Shown: positions 28,680 through 38,521 of the stretch, one piece after another
How the letters are laid out: every line of letters starts with the position of its first letter
Numbering within the stretch: the stretch's first letter is position 1
Program-made: the position numbers and the translations under genes
Origin: a bacterium
GTDB lineage: Bacteria; UBA8248
Assembly: GCA_965204535.1 (NCBI GenBank)
Contig: OZ241996.1
Coordinates: 1,529,654-1,593,653 of the forward strand
Direction: 5' to 3'
DNA: 64,000 nt
Notes under the pieces: model-generated
What the model saw: the letters and a program-made list of their open reading frames with translations, nothing else
The model's database searches: none
What the model was told of the DNA's origin: nothing

Positions 28680-30401
28680 TTAGCGGGACGACATGAGGCG
28701 AAGGGCTTCACGCTCGCGCTTCGCCTTTTCCGCCTCGCCCGTTCTTTCGTAATGCGCCAGCAGGCGCTCATGTACCACTCGAATGAAGGGGTTGATATGC
28801 AACACCTCCTCCCACGCCCTGAGGGCGCGCCCGGGCCTTCCGCCCATCTCGCTCGCCAGCGCCTTGTGCACGTGCGTCATCGCGTAATCCGGGTCCACCT
28901 TCAGCGCCCTTTGAATGTGTTGCTCGGCCTCGGGGATCAGGCCCAGATGTATCTCGATCTGGGCCGCGCGGTTGAGGAGGGGCTGGGAGTGCGGCTCATC
29001 GCGCAGGGCGCGGCGATATTCGATGAGCGCCGCACGCATCCTCCCCCGGAACGAGAGCCTGTCGCCCAGCCGCATGCGCCTTCTGGCCACGGCGCTCTTG
29101 AGCGCGGCCAGGTCGATCGTGCGCTCGCTCATCGGCCCTTTGGGCTTCAGCTTCGGCAAGGAGACCTCCGAACCCGCGTGCTTGCGAAGGGGGAGTTTTT
29201 TGAGGTCTTCTATCCAGAGCTTCTCGAACCCGCCCAGGTCGACTCCGGCGAGGAGCCGCAGGCCCGGCTCGGCGCTCTGGGGCGGACCGGTGGATTCGAG
29301 CTCGACGAGGCTCGCCCGTCTTTGATGACGCATCCCGGGGTTCTCCTCACCGAACGCCGGCGCACCCTGCGTTCTCGGTGCAGGCGCGGCGTTTTTGATG
29401 CCCGCCAGCAGGCGGACGAGCGCGTTCTCGCCCATTGTGCGTTGGATGAAATCCACGGCCGAGGCCGCCTCCGCGTAAGCCAGGTGCACTTCTTGCGGCG
29501 TGTCGAGGTAGATGAGGCTCGGCTCCATTTTCTTGAACGGGACGTAGACGTTCGTCTCCCTCGCATTGTACAGCAAGGCCTCCTCGCCCGGGTGGAGGAA
29601 GCCGGTTTCATCGCTGCGCCATTTTTTCTCCAGATACTTGGCGATCCCCTCGTGCAGCCAGATGGGGGCGCGATTTTTCGTCGCCAGCACGACGAGATAG
29701 TGGACGTATTCGTGCGCCGCCGTGTCGAGCCAGCGATAGCCCCGCAGGAGCGCGCCGGGGGATAAAAACATTATCTTGTTGAACTTGCAGACCCCGACCG
29801 CGCCCTTCTCTTCGATGTCGCGCCTCGATAGCGTGGACGAGCGGTGGAAGCGGACGGAATCGGAGAAAAGCTCCACGCGGATGCGCTGGGTGGGCCGCAC
29901 GCCCAACTCCTCGCCGTAGCGCGCATAGGCCCTCTCCAGCGCGTCGCCCAGATAAGGCAGCAGAACGGCGTCTTCTCCCGGCTCGTACCAGATGTCGAAA
30001 TGCGCCGTTTGATACGCCTTGAAGCCTTTCATCGCCGTTTGCGTCTGGCGCACGTGGAGCCTCAGTTCGAGCCATTCGCTGTCTCCCGGGCGTTTCTTGA
30101 GCGCCGCGTTGAGGTTGGCGAGCGACTCGGCGTATCGGCCCTCCAGGTAGTCCGCAGCCCCCGAAAGCGCCGGCCATGCCGCCAAGCCGGGAGATTCGGA
30201 CTCGAGCGATGCGATTTTTTTTCTGGCCTCTACGAGATTCCACGCCCGAAGCTCGTCCACCACCGCGCGGTAGCCGTCGGGCCGCGCCACGGCCTGGGAG
30301 AGAGGCACCGCGCGGTTTACGGTATGCGGCCACGCGGGTGGCGTGAAGACCGCGACCCCGAAAGCGCAAACGAAGATTGCGAAGAGTCTTTTCAGCATCA
30401 T
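28680..30401 (-). CDS. Exported TPR-containing zinc metallopeptidase (peptidase MA-like)
   Basis: Signal peptide, 'HEYVH' (HExxH) followed by 'WLHEGIA', TPR-like helices at both ends. Confidence 0.82.
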   Translation of the reverse strand: MMLKRLFAIFVCAFGVAVFTPPAWPHTVNRAVPLSQAVARPDGYRAVVDELRAWNLVEARKKIASLESESPGLAAWPALSGAADYLEGRYAESLANLNAALKKRPGDSEWLELRLHVRQTQTAMKGFKAYQTAHFDIWYEPGEDAVLLPYLGDALERAYARYGEELGVRPTQRIRVELFSDSVRFHRSSTLSRRDIEEKGAVGVCKFNKIMFLSPGALLRGYRWLDTAAHEYVHYLVVLATKNRAPIWLHEGIAKYLEKKWRSDETGFLHPGEEALLYNARETNVYVPFKKMEPSLIYLDTPQEVHLAYAEAASAVDFIQRTMGENALVRLLAGIKNAAPAPRTQGAPAFGEENPGMRHQRRASLVELESTGPPQSAEPGLRLLAGVDLGGFEKLWIEDLKKLPLRKHAGSEVSLPKLKPKGPMSERTIDLAALKSAVARRRMRLGDRLSFRGRMRAALIEYRRALRDEPHSQPLLNRAAQIEIHLGLIPEAEQHIQRALKVDPDYAMTHVHKALASEMGGRPGRALRAWEEVLHINPFIRVVHERLLAHYERTGEAEKAKREREALRLMSSR

Positions 30402-33400
30402 TTCGTCAGCCTGTCGAAATAGTCCTCGATTTCACCGCGCATCCCGCTCGGCAGACCGTCTTTCATCGCCTCCATGATCTCCTCCCTGTACTTGGCCGGC
30501 ACCTTGTATTGCTCCCGATCGGGGATGAGCACCTCGCTGAACTGCGTGCCGAGATTCCCGTCCTCCTCGCGCCCCCGATCGTTGGAGCCGCGCGGCTGGG
30601 GGAAATTCGGGTTTCTGGACCACCACGGCCTGTTCCCTCCCATGCCCGGCCCGAAAGCGCTGAACCCCCGGGGGGTGCCCAGACCCACGCTGCCCCGCTG
30701 GGCCATCTGCTGCATGGCCTGCTGCATGGAGTTCTGCCCCTCGGCGAGCTTGCGGATCGCCTCCTCCTCGGGGGGAACCGCGCGGGAGGAACTGCGTTTC
30801 GCCAAAGCGGCGGCGGCCTCTTCCATCGCCTCGCCCGCCTCGGCGATTCTGCGCAGGATGCTCGGGTTGATGAAGGGATACACCTGCATCATCCGGCGCA
30901 GTTGCCGCTCGAAATCCCCCAACCGCTTGCGCAGGTCTTTCTGCCGGTCGCGCAGGCCGTCGAGTTTCGCGATTTCCGTGCCGCCCGCCTCTTTTTCGGA
31001 TTTGTCCAGAAGCCGCCCCGCACTCTTCGCCAATTCTTTCGCGGATACGGGCTCCGGGCGCGCAAACCCAAACCTCATCCCGCTAAGCGCAAGCGACGCC
31101 ATGCGCTCCAGAATTTCAAGCGAAGGCCTCTGCGGCGAAGGAACCGGGCCTATCAACCCGAGCGTAAGCCCAACCGCGCTCTCCGCCGGCTCTCCCGCCA
31201 GGGGCGCGGCGCCGCGTTCTTCCAGACGCTCCGCCGCCTCCGGCGCAGGCTTCGCGTCCGCATCCATCCGCCGGGCCCAGGGCTCGGGCCTGATTCCCTC
31301 CCGCGCATCCCGCGGCGCGGGCTCCGACCGCTTTTCGCGCCTCGCCACCTTCGGCGCATCTTTTTCCTTCTCCGCTATCTGCTCGGGACGGACGCAAGGC
31401 GACCTCCCGAGTTTGGCCGCCCATTCCGGCAGCCTCTGGAAGATGATCCCCCACTCTCCTCTCTTGAGCATCGTGTCGAACTCGGAGAGCGCACGCACCT
31501 TCTCGCGCTGGATTTTCTCTGCCTGCGCCCGGGGGGAGAGTTTCTTCTCCGCTTCGGGACGGCCCAGCATCGAAATCTCGGGCTCCGCCGCCTCGGCTTT
31601 CTTCTCGGGTTCGGCTTGTTTCACCGGTTCGGCCTTCCCGAAACAATCGGCCGGGAGCGGCTTTGCGGCCGATTCACCTGCTTTTTCCCAATACGCACGC
31701 GCCAGTCGCGACACGGCGGCGGCGTCTTCGGGCCATTTCTTCTTGAGGCGATCCACCACGGTCTCCACCACCCCCACCGTCTCGCCGAGTATGGCCTGCT
31801 GCTCCTCCACGATTTTGGCCAGTTCGCCTTGCTGACGCTGGATGGGCCGACCGCCGCGCTGGCTCCTCATCTGCTGGCGCTGCATGCCGCGAAGCGCCAT
31901 GCGCATTCTCTGCAACTGGCTCATCAGGCGCCTGAGTTGTTCCAGCGCGCCCTGGAAATTGTTCTGGCGCATCATCTCGCGAATCCGCTCGAAGGAGCGC
32001 ATCATGTCCTGCATGGGCATCTCGCGCATGCTGCGCTGATTCATGAACTCCCTGGGCATGCGCTGGGCCAGCGAAGCCATCTGCTGCATCAGCTCGCCCA
32101 ACTGCTCCCTGAGCTTCCTCAACTCCTTCTCCACCCGCCGGAGCGCTTCTTCGTCAGCACCCATGCTGCGCATTTTCTCCAGCGCCTGCTCGATGGACCT
32201 TTGTCTTTGGATCATCGATTCCGTCGTGCGGCCCGCCCTGTCCACCCGGACGTTGCGCTGGATTTCCTCGCCCATCGTGGCGAGGCGCTCCAGCGTCTCC
32301 GTCGCCTCTTCCTGCCGGGCGGCTATCTCGCGGTTCAGCCTCTCCCTTTCTCCTTTCGCGTTCTCGCCCAGTTTCGACAATCGCGAGAGGGGTTTGAGGT
32401 ATTGCGAAATCGCATCGCGCAGCTGCCGCTCGAGGGTGGATAAATCCATGTCGGAGAGCGTCTCGCGCGGATTCTTGGGCCGGAGCATCGCCCTCGTCCG
32501 CTTGATACGCTCCAGAATTTTTGTGGCCTTCGCCTCGATGGAGGGGCTCTTCCCCGCTGGTTTCCCCGTTTCTTTCGCTTCTTTCGCCCTCTCTTCCGGC
32601 GGGAGGTCCTTCTCCAGGTAATCACCCAGCAGGTCGAGGAGTTCGTTTGAAATCTCGCCCAGATTCCTGTCCAGCCCGGCCATCACGGCTTCCCTGTCGC
32701 GGATGCTGATGCGGTAGACTTTGCTCGTCCCGACTTTGGGGCCGCTCACCGTATCCACGTCGGGCGCGATGAAGCGATAGGAGAGGACGCCCCCCGGACG
32801 AATGCCCATGGTGCTGAGGTCGAACTCGTAGCGGCCGAGCACGTCCTTCTGGGGCTTCTCGCCGCCCCACACCTTGATTCTCCTCGGGCGGCCGCTCCCG
32901 AGCCTGACTTCGAGGTACACGCCCCTGATCCCGAAATCATCGGACGCCCGGAACTTCACGGTCACCCGCTCGTCGGCTTCCACCGTGAGGTCCTTGCCCG
33001 GTTGCGTCACCATCACGTCGGGATAGGCGTCGGGGATGATGTCGATCTGGTAGCGCCGGGGCGCCAGATTGGAAAACCCGTGCGCATCCTTCAAGCGCAC
33101 CTGATAAGAACCCGCGCCGCCCAGGATCATCTTGCCGCCCAGCGAGTCGCCGTTTTCGGTGGGATTGAGGGGCAACCGCCACCCGTCGGCCAACGCGATG
33201 AGCGCCTCCTGAACCGGCTTGTTCGTCTTGACGGCCAACTGCACCTCGGAGCCCATGTAGGCGCGGATGTGGCCTCCGCTTTTCCCCGCACCGGGTTTCA
33301 ACTTCGTATATTCAGGCGGAAACTGAACCACTTCGATGGACTCCACCCTCGGCGGGGCGACCACGCGAACCTCAACCGTCCGGGAGCGGAACCTGCCCGT

Positions 33401-34201
33401 ACGCGCCGTGATGCGCGCACCGGCTCCCGCAGCCAGCCAACGGGCGCGAAACTGGTGAGGCGCCACTTTCTCCATGGCGATGCTCGCCCCGGCTTCGGCG
33501 CCTTGTTGCACCTCCAGTTCCACGTAACCCGCCTCACGCCCCCTGGTCCTGACTTCCAGGGTCGTGGGCATTCCGGGAAGCAGCGTCGTGCGCTCCGCCC
33601 AAATCTCCAGATGGGTGATGCGCGAGGGCATGAGGTCCGCCGCGTTCGCCAGAAGATAACCCGCGCGCGGGTAGAGCCCCGGCCAGATGAACGCCATGAG
33701 CATCACGACGATGGCCAGAATTCCGGCGAGCCGCCCGAGCCTCTGGAAACCGGCGTGTGAGACGTAAGCTTCGGGGTCGAGCGATTCCACTTCCCGGCTG
33801 GTGTCGTTCACCAGCGCGTCGATGAGTCCCGGCGAAGTGGGATCGTCGTCGCCGAGTTCGCCTTTGCGCGGGAAAAGCTGCAGCGAACTGATGAGGTTGC
33901 TGCCCAGATCCGGGTGGGTCTCTTCGATGTCGAGAGCGATTCTCTCGCGCCTCGGACGGCGCGTCGCCAGCCACCAGCACCGGACGAGCGCCGCGCCGAG
34001 CAGCAGAACGGCCAGCCCGGCGTAGATGACGGCGGAATATCCGAAGCGGACCTGGGAGACGACCGCCGCGGGAGCGAGCAGCAAAACGGCCAGTACGCCC
34101 AGCAGCAGAACCATCCCCGCTTCGAGGCGCCTGACCTTGAGGCGAGCGCGAATTACCGAATCGAGAAACTCGTTTATCTTCCTGAAAGATCGCTCGGCCA
34201 T
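30398..34201 (-). CDS. DUF4175-like large membrane-anchored coiled-coil protein
   Basis: N-terminal TMs, 'PPEYT', 'ASDDFG', Q/M/E/R-rich helical C-half, 'YREEIMEAM...IEDYFDRL' terminus. Confidence 0.8.
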   Translation of the reverse strand: MAERSFRKINEFLDSVIRARLKVRRLEAGMVLLLGVLAVLLLAPAAVVSQVRFGYSAVIYAGLAVLLLGAALVRCWWLATRRPRRERIALDIEETHPDLGSNLISSLQLFPRKGELGDDDPTSPGLIDALVNDTSREVESLDPEAYVSHAGFQRLGRLAGILAIVVMLMAFIWPGLYPRAGYLLANAADLMPSRITHLEIWAERTTLLPGMPTTLEVRTRGREAGYVELEVQQGAEAGASIAMEKVAPHQFRARWLAAGAGARITARTGRFRSRTVEVRVVAPPRVESIEVVQFPPEYTKLKPGAGKSGGHIRAYMGSEVQLAVKTNKPVQEALIALADGWRLPLNPTENGDSLGGKMILGGAGSYQVRLKDAHGFSNLAPRRYQIDIIPDAYPDVMVTQPGKDLTVEADERVTVKFRASDDFGIRGVYLEVRLGSGRPRRIKVWGGEKPQKDVLGRYEFDLSTMGIRPGGVLSYRFIAPDVDTVSGPKVGTSKVYRISIRDREAVMAGLDRNLGEISNELLDLLGDYLEKDLPPEERAKEAKETGKPAGKSPSIEAKATKILERIKRTRAMLRPKNPRETLSDMDLSTLERQLRDAISQYLKPLSRLSKLGENAKGERERLNREIAARQEEATETLERLATMGEEIQRNVRVDRAGRTTESMIQRQRSIEQALEKMRSMGADEEALRRVEKELRKLREQLGELMQQMASLAQRMPREFMNQRSMREMPMQDMMRSFERIREMMRQNNFQGALEQLRRLMSQLQRMRMALRGMQRQQMRSQRGGRPIQRQQGELAKIVEEQQAILGETVGVVETVVDRLKKKWPEDAAAVSRLARAYWEKAGESAAKPLPADCFGKAEPVKQAEPEKKAEAAEPEISMLGRPEAEKKLSPRAQAEKIQREKVRALSEFDTMLKRGEWGIIFQRLPEWAAKLGRSPCVRPEQIAEKEKDAPKVARREKRSEPAPRDAREGIRPEPWARRMDADAKPAPEAAERLEERGAAPLAGEPAESAVGLTLGLIGPVPSPQRPSLEILERMASLALSGMRFGFARPEPVSAKELAKSAGRLLDKSEKEAGGTEIAKLDGLRDRQKDLRKRLGDFERQLRRMMQVYPFINPSILRRIAEAGEAMEEAAAALAKRSSSRAVPPEEEAIRKLAEGQNSMQQAMQQMAQRGSVGLGTPRGFSAFGPGMGGNRPWWSRNPNFPQPRGSNDRGREEDGNLGTQFSEVLIPDREQYKVPAKYREEIMEAMKDGLPSGMRGEIEDYFDRLTK

Positions 34202-34311
34202 TTCCCGTTTCCTCACATGAATGAACGGCGAGGAGAATCAAACGAAATTGTAATACATGATTTGATTTACCGCACGTTCATCTAAAAAACCGCGCGCCGA
34301 CTGCCTTGCGT

Positions 34312-36654
34312 TCAAGCCAGCCCCCAAAGTCTCCGTATGGTCCATTCCAGGCCCGGCAGCAGAATGAGAATCATCCCGATCCAGGGAATGCTCCAGAGCC
34401 TCACGTCACGCACCTCCATCACCCTGTGCGGCACCTTGCCCTTCAAGGCCTCGAGGACGCGGGCGGTCAAATCTTCCTCCGCCACGGCGTCGGCCCGGAA
34501 AAACAACCCGCCCGTGTGCTTCGCCAGCGTCTGCAAATTCTCCCAGTGCGGGCTGACGTCGGCCCACTCCGCCTTGCCCGCTTCGCGACCGATGCCGATC
34601 GTGCGCACCGCCTCGCCGATAACCTGCCCGCCCTCCACGGCCGTCATTCTCGCCCGATAGCTCCCGTTCCCGCGGGGGCGGAAGTGAACCTCGAACTCCC
34701 GGGAATCCGGGCGGTAGACCGCGCGATACCGGCTGGTGACGCCATAGGGGTCGCGAAGCTGCACCTGCACCTGCGCCGCCGGGGCGGGCCGGTAGGATTC
34801 GTCCCTCACCTGCATCCTGAGGACGTAGGTCCCGTCCTTCGCCTGCTCCGCTTCGGGGACAATCTGAACCTGCGAAATTCCGGGGTCGCCCGAGAGCCAG
34901 CGGATCATCTGCGCCACCAGGCGGATGTAGAGGCGGTTCGTCTTCTCCGCCGCCACCATCCCGAAATTCCACCGCCAGATATCGTCGGAGAAAATGCTCA
35001 CCACCCTGCCCTCGCCAATCCGCTTCGTGGCGAGCAGGGGAATTTTCCCCTCTTTCGTCGAAACGAGAATCTGCCCCTTTCCGAACGGCGTCGTTGAATT
35101 GATGCGCCTCAAGGCCGGAAGGGCGGCCCAGAGTTTTTTGTTCTCCTCGACATCCGGGGAGAGTTGCGTGATGGGATGCCTTCCGCCGGTGGAAGTCAGC
35201 TGAACGAGCAGGCGCCTCTGGTCCTGATAGTCGCTCTGCTGCTGCAAGCGCACGGGCAGGAGATCCTCGATGGGGCTGCGGTAATACCCGCCCGCGCTGA
35301 AGGATTGCCTGCCGCCGAACTTGAGCAAGGCCCCGCCCTTGCGGACGTATTCCCCCACGCGCTGGAGGTAGTAGTTGCTGAAATACTCCTGCGCGGAGAA
35401 ATTATCGAAAACCACGATCTCGAAATTCTTGAGTTCTTCCAGGAACAGCTTGTCCACCGGAAACGGAACGAGGCTCAGGTGCCGGGTCGGAACGCCCGGA
35501 TCATCCTCCGAAGTCCTCAGAAAGACGAACGACACGAGGTCGATGGCGGGGTCCCGCTTGAGCGCCATGCGCAAGAAGCGATAGTTCCAGGTGGGAGAAC
35601 CCGTGATCGTCAGCACCCGAATTTTGTCGCGCCGCACTTCCAGGGGGATCTCGACGCGATTGTTCGACTCCACGATTTCGCCGCGCTGAACGGGCGTCAC
35701 CACGCTGAGCACCTGGCTCCCCACTTCATTCGGCGTGAAGCGGAATTTCACGAGACGGCGCAGCGGACTGCGCCTGACGTCTATCGACCGGGTCCTGATG
35801 ATGCGGCCCTCGCGCGTAAGAGCGACCGGCAGCTTGCGGCCCGAATAACCTTTCACCGAAAGCGAAACCTCCAGACTCATCTCCTTTCCCTGAAAGGCGA
35901 TGCGCGGGGCTTGAATATCCTGTATGGCGATGTCCCGAAACGAATCCGGCGCCCCGAAGCCCACTCCGATGAGGGGCGGGAAGGATTTCACGTCCCCGGG
36001 CGGAAGATCCGCTCCGGTGGTGTCCCCCCCGTCCGTGAGCATCAGGATACCCAGGGGGCCGTCCTGGTTTTTCTGCTCTTGCTCGCCCTCCGGCATGCTC
36101 GCTTCGCGGGCGCTGCGCAGGGCGCCCCGGATGGCCCCCAGGGGGTCGCTGCCCACGCCCCGGGCTTCCAGGTTTTCGAGCTCCCGCACCCCGATGGGGG
36201 TTCTGCGCGCATCGTAGCGGGCGAGTTGAACGTCGTAGAGTTTCCTGAGGCCCGTGAGCAGGCTCGCCGGGACGTCCGCCTGATCCTCCTCTCCGGGGGC
36301 TTGCGACTCCCCGATCTTTTTCGGGACCAGCAGAAAATCCTTCGCCAAATCGATGCGCGTTTTCTTGCTGTTCACGTCCTGGACGCTCATGCTCGCCGAA
36401 CTGTCGAGGAGAACGAGCAGCTTGGGCGGCAGGGAGCGCTCGCGTTTGTCGATCAGCGTCGGGCCGGAGAGAAAAAAGACGACCGCCGCGTACAACAAAC
36501 CCCGCAGAACCTGAAGAAGCCAGACGCGCCTCATCGGGAGTTTTTCGGCCAAATCGCGGTGTCTTCGCACGAGCGCCCAGCCGAGTCCGACCGCCACAGG
36601 GAGGATCACCCACCAGGGGGCGCCGCCCGGCCAATGAAGTGTGGACCAGTCCAT
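34312..36654 (-). CDS. Membrane-anchored vWA plus class-I glutamine-amidotransferase-like domain protein
   Basis: N-terminal TMs, 'LLDSSASM', 'LTDG', 'GG...SF.AGGY', 'WRW', C-terminal TM 'EWTIRRLWGLA'. Confidence 0.82.
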   Translation of the reverse strand: MDWSTLHWPGGAPWWVILPVAVGLGWALVRRHRDLAEKLPMRRVWLLQVLRGLLYAAVVFFLSGPTLIDKRERSLPPKLLVLLDSSASMSVQDVNSKKTRIDLAKDFLLVPKKIGESQAPGEEDQADVPASLLTGLRKLYDVQLARYDARRTPIGVRELENLEARGVGSDPLGAIRGALRSAREASMPEGEQEQKNQDGPLGILMLTDGGDTTGADLPPGDVKSFPPLIGVGFGAPDSFRDIAIQDIQAPRIAFQGKEMSLEVSLSVKGYSGRKLPVALTREGRIIRTRSIDVRRSPLRRLVKFRFTPNEVGSQVLSVVTPVQRGEIVESNNRVEIPLEVRRDKIRVLTITGSPTWNYRFLRMALKRDPAIDLVSFVFLRTSEDDPGVPTRHLSLVPFPVDKLFLEELKNFEIVVFDNFSAQEYFSNYYLQRVGEYVRKGGALLKFGGRQSFSAGGYYRSPIEDLLPVRLQQQSDYQDQRRLLVQLTSTGGRHPITQLSPDVEENKKLWAALPALRRINSTTPFGKGQILVSTKEGKIPLLATKRIGEGRVVSIFSDDIWRWNFGMVAAEKTNRLYIRLVAQMIRWLSGDPGISQVQIVPEAEQAKDGTYVLRMQVRDESYRPAPAAQVQVQLRDPYGVTSRYRAVYRPDSREFEVHFRPRGNGSYRARMTAVEGGQVIGEAVRTIGIGREAGKAEWADVSPHWENLQTLAKHTGGLFFRADAVAEEDLTARVLEALKGKVPHRVMEVRDVRLWSIPWIGMILILLPGLEWTIRRLWGLA

Positions 36655-36657
36655 CGT

Positions 36658-37506
36658 CTAGCCCTGGTTCAGCCTGCGCTGGATGAAGGGGTGGTGGATG
36701 AGGTCTTGCTTGTAGTTGCCCGTCATCGCGTAGAGGGAGATGTTGACGGCGAGTTGAAAGGCCGCGAGACGCTGGGGCTCCCCGCCGGGGGTGCATTCTT
36801 CGAGCCATCCGCCACCGGGACCCCTCGCCCAGGCGCCTCCCAGGTCGTTCCGGCAGAAGATGACGGGGGTGAACATGCCCACCTGGATGCCCAGCAAGTC
36901 CTGGCTGACGGCCTGCCGTCCGCCGATGGAGCGGATCAGGTAATAACTCTTGAACACGGCGTGCTCGCGCTGGAGCGCCTCGAAGGAAGTTCTCGGAAAA
37001 ACCAGCCGCATGAGTTCCCTGACGGCGCCGCCGAAGGCTTCCTCTTCGAGCCCGAGCCCGTCGTCGATGAGCAAAAACCCCCCGTAGGTGAGGTGGCGCC
37101 TCAGATTGTCTATCGCCCTCGAGCCGGGCATCTCGAACTCGTAGCGCCCCGACATATACAGAAAAGGATATTCGAAAATTTCGGGCGAGGAGATGTCCAC
37201 CGCCTGCGCATCCCCCGCGGTTTCGATGCTCGTGCGCCTTCTCACCTCATCGAGAAAAGAAGCCATCGCCGTGGGGTATTCCCGCCAGCGTCCGCCCGAA
37301 TAGCGCAACTGCGCCGGCGTGAAATCGGGGAGAAACGTCTTTTCCTCCTCGAAGGAGCGCGGCAAGAGATGCTTCTGCCAGTCGCCGAGGGGAGCGGGCG
37401 ACTGCGCTTCCGCCCGCCCGGGGAGGCCGAGGAGCGCGGCCGCTGCCACCGCAGAGCGGGCGATGAACGCGCGCCGGCTCAAGAGAGATTTACGGGACGC
37501 TGACAT
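36658..37506 (-). CDS. DUF4159 domain protein with Tat signal
   Basis: 'SRRAFI' twin-arginine signal; 'YPFLYMSG', 'GGFLLIDD', 'NDLGGAW', 'YAMTGNYKQD'. Confidence 0.87.
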   Translation of the reverse strand: MSASRKSLLSRRAFIARSAVAAAALLGLPGRAEAQSPAPLGDWQKHLLPRSFEEEKTFLPDFTPAQLRYSGGRWREYPTAMASFLDEVRRRTSIETAGDAQAVDISSPEIFEYPFLYMSGRYEFEMPGSRAIDNLRRHLTYGGFLLIDDGLGLEEEAFGGAVRELMRLVFPRTSFEALQREHAVFKSYYLIRSIGGRQAVSQDLLGIQVGMFTPVIFCRNDLGGAWARGPGGGWLEECTPGGEPQRLAAFQLAVNISLYAMTGNYKQDLIHHPFIQRRLNQG

Positions 37507-38332
37507 CGGGCAACACCACGTAGGTCGTGGGCGGCGGCAGTCTTTTGCGCGTGAGCACGAGCTCGGTTTCCTTCGGGCGGAGGACTCGCGTGATTCCCTC
37601 CGCCTTCAGGGCCTTCTCGAACTCTCCGGTCAATTCGGGGCCGAAGTAGTGCATCGGTATCACGATGTTGGGCCCGATGCGCTTGACGATCTTGGCCGCC
37701 ACGTCGTGCGGCACCGTAAAGGAGCCGTCGATCGGAAGCAGGAGCACGTGAATTTTCCCAAGGTCCCGAATCTGTCCGGGCGACGGCCCGAAGCGCGCGT
37801 TCCCGAAGTGCGCGACGCAAATCCCGCCCGCCTGAAAGACGTGGATGGTGTTGAGGACGAAGGGATGGTTCTCGTCCCCGTCCACCTGGGGGAAGGACGC
37901 GACTCTCAGCTTCCCGAATTTCTCGTCGATCGCGTTGGGCTTTCCCTCCTGCGTCACGCCGAAGAAAATCTCCGACTTGCCCACGTAGGGCCCCGTCATG
38001 GAGTGGGTTTCGTGGAAATTGCTGACGGTGACGGCATCCGGCGGCGGATCCAGCACGGGGATCACGTAGGGGTCCATGACGGCCCGCCCGCCGCCCGGGG
38101 CTTCGATCAGGAAACTCGAATGTCCCAGAAACTTGAGCCGAACCGCGCGCGTTAGGCGAGCGCTCTCCCATCCGCCCCTCGTCGAGACGGGGATGAAACG
38201 CCCGTCGCGCTGGACGATTCCCGGCTTGCAGATGCCCTCGGCCGCCCATGTGAGAGTGGACGAAAAGATAAACGCGAAGAAGGCGAACAAACCCAGGGAG
38301 ACGATTTTTTTCGCCGGAAAGCGATTCCGCAT
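37490..38332 (-). CDS. Exported MBL-fold metallo-hydrolase-like protein (degenerate metal motif)
   Basis: 'FLGHSSF', 'DPY', 'VIPMHY'; N-terminal signal/TM segment; start uncertain. Confidence 0.8.
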   Translation of the reverse strand: MRNRFPAKKIVSLGLFAFFAFIFSSTLTWAAEGICKPGIVQRDGRFIPVSTRGGWESARLTRAVRLKFLGHSSFLIEAPGGGRAVMDPYVIPVLDPPPDAVTVSNFHETHSMTGPYVGKSEIFFGVTQEGKPNAIDEKFGKLRVASFPQVDGDENHPFVLNTIHVFQAGGICVAHFGNARFGPSPGQIRDLGKIHVLLLPIDGSFTVPHDVAAKIVKRIGPNIVIPMHYFGPELTGEFEKALKAEGITRVLRPKETELVLTRKRLPPPTTYVVLPDVSVP

Positions 38333-38397
38333 GCGCGTCGAAAATCGATGCTTCCCACAGGCGGGGTTCAATATGATGTCCCCTATGGCAACGTCGC

Positions 38398-38437
38398 TAC
38401 GACATCACCAAGACATTTTACGACATCACAGCGACAA
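38398..38437 (-). promoter_or_regulatory. Phased direct-repeat operator candidate upstream of the MBL-MoxR operon
   Basis: TACGACATCAC occurs twice exactly (38398, 38419). GACA cores at 38401, 38412, 38422 and 38433 (spacing 11/10/11). Confidence 0.5.
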
Positions 38438-38521
38438 CAAGGCGGCGTGAACGTGCAATTCTAGCGCATTTATCCATCCTGTGGATAGTCGCGCGCCCCA
38501 GTGGGGTAAAAAGCGAGATTC

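Noticed and set aside
27657-37503. Long antisense or alternate-frame ORFs (e.g. 27657..29765, 30377..32443, 35164..37503; also 3374..5296, 10626..12665, 41547..43451)
   Set aside because: They overlap well-supported genes, carry no motifs, and are expected from stop-codon scarcity in GC-rich DNA.
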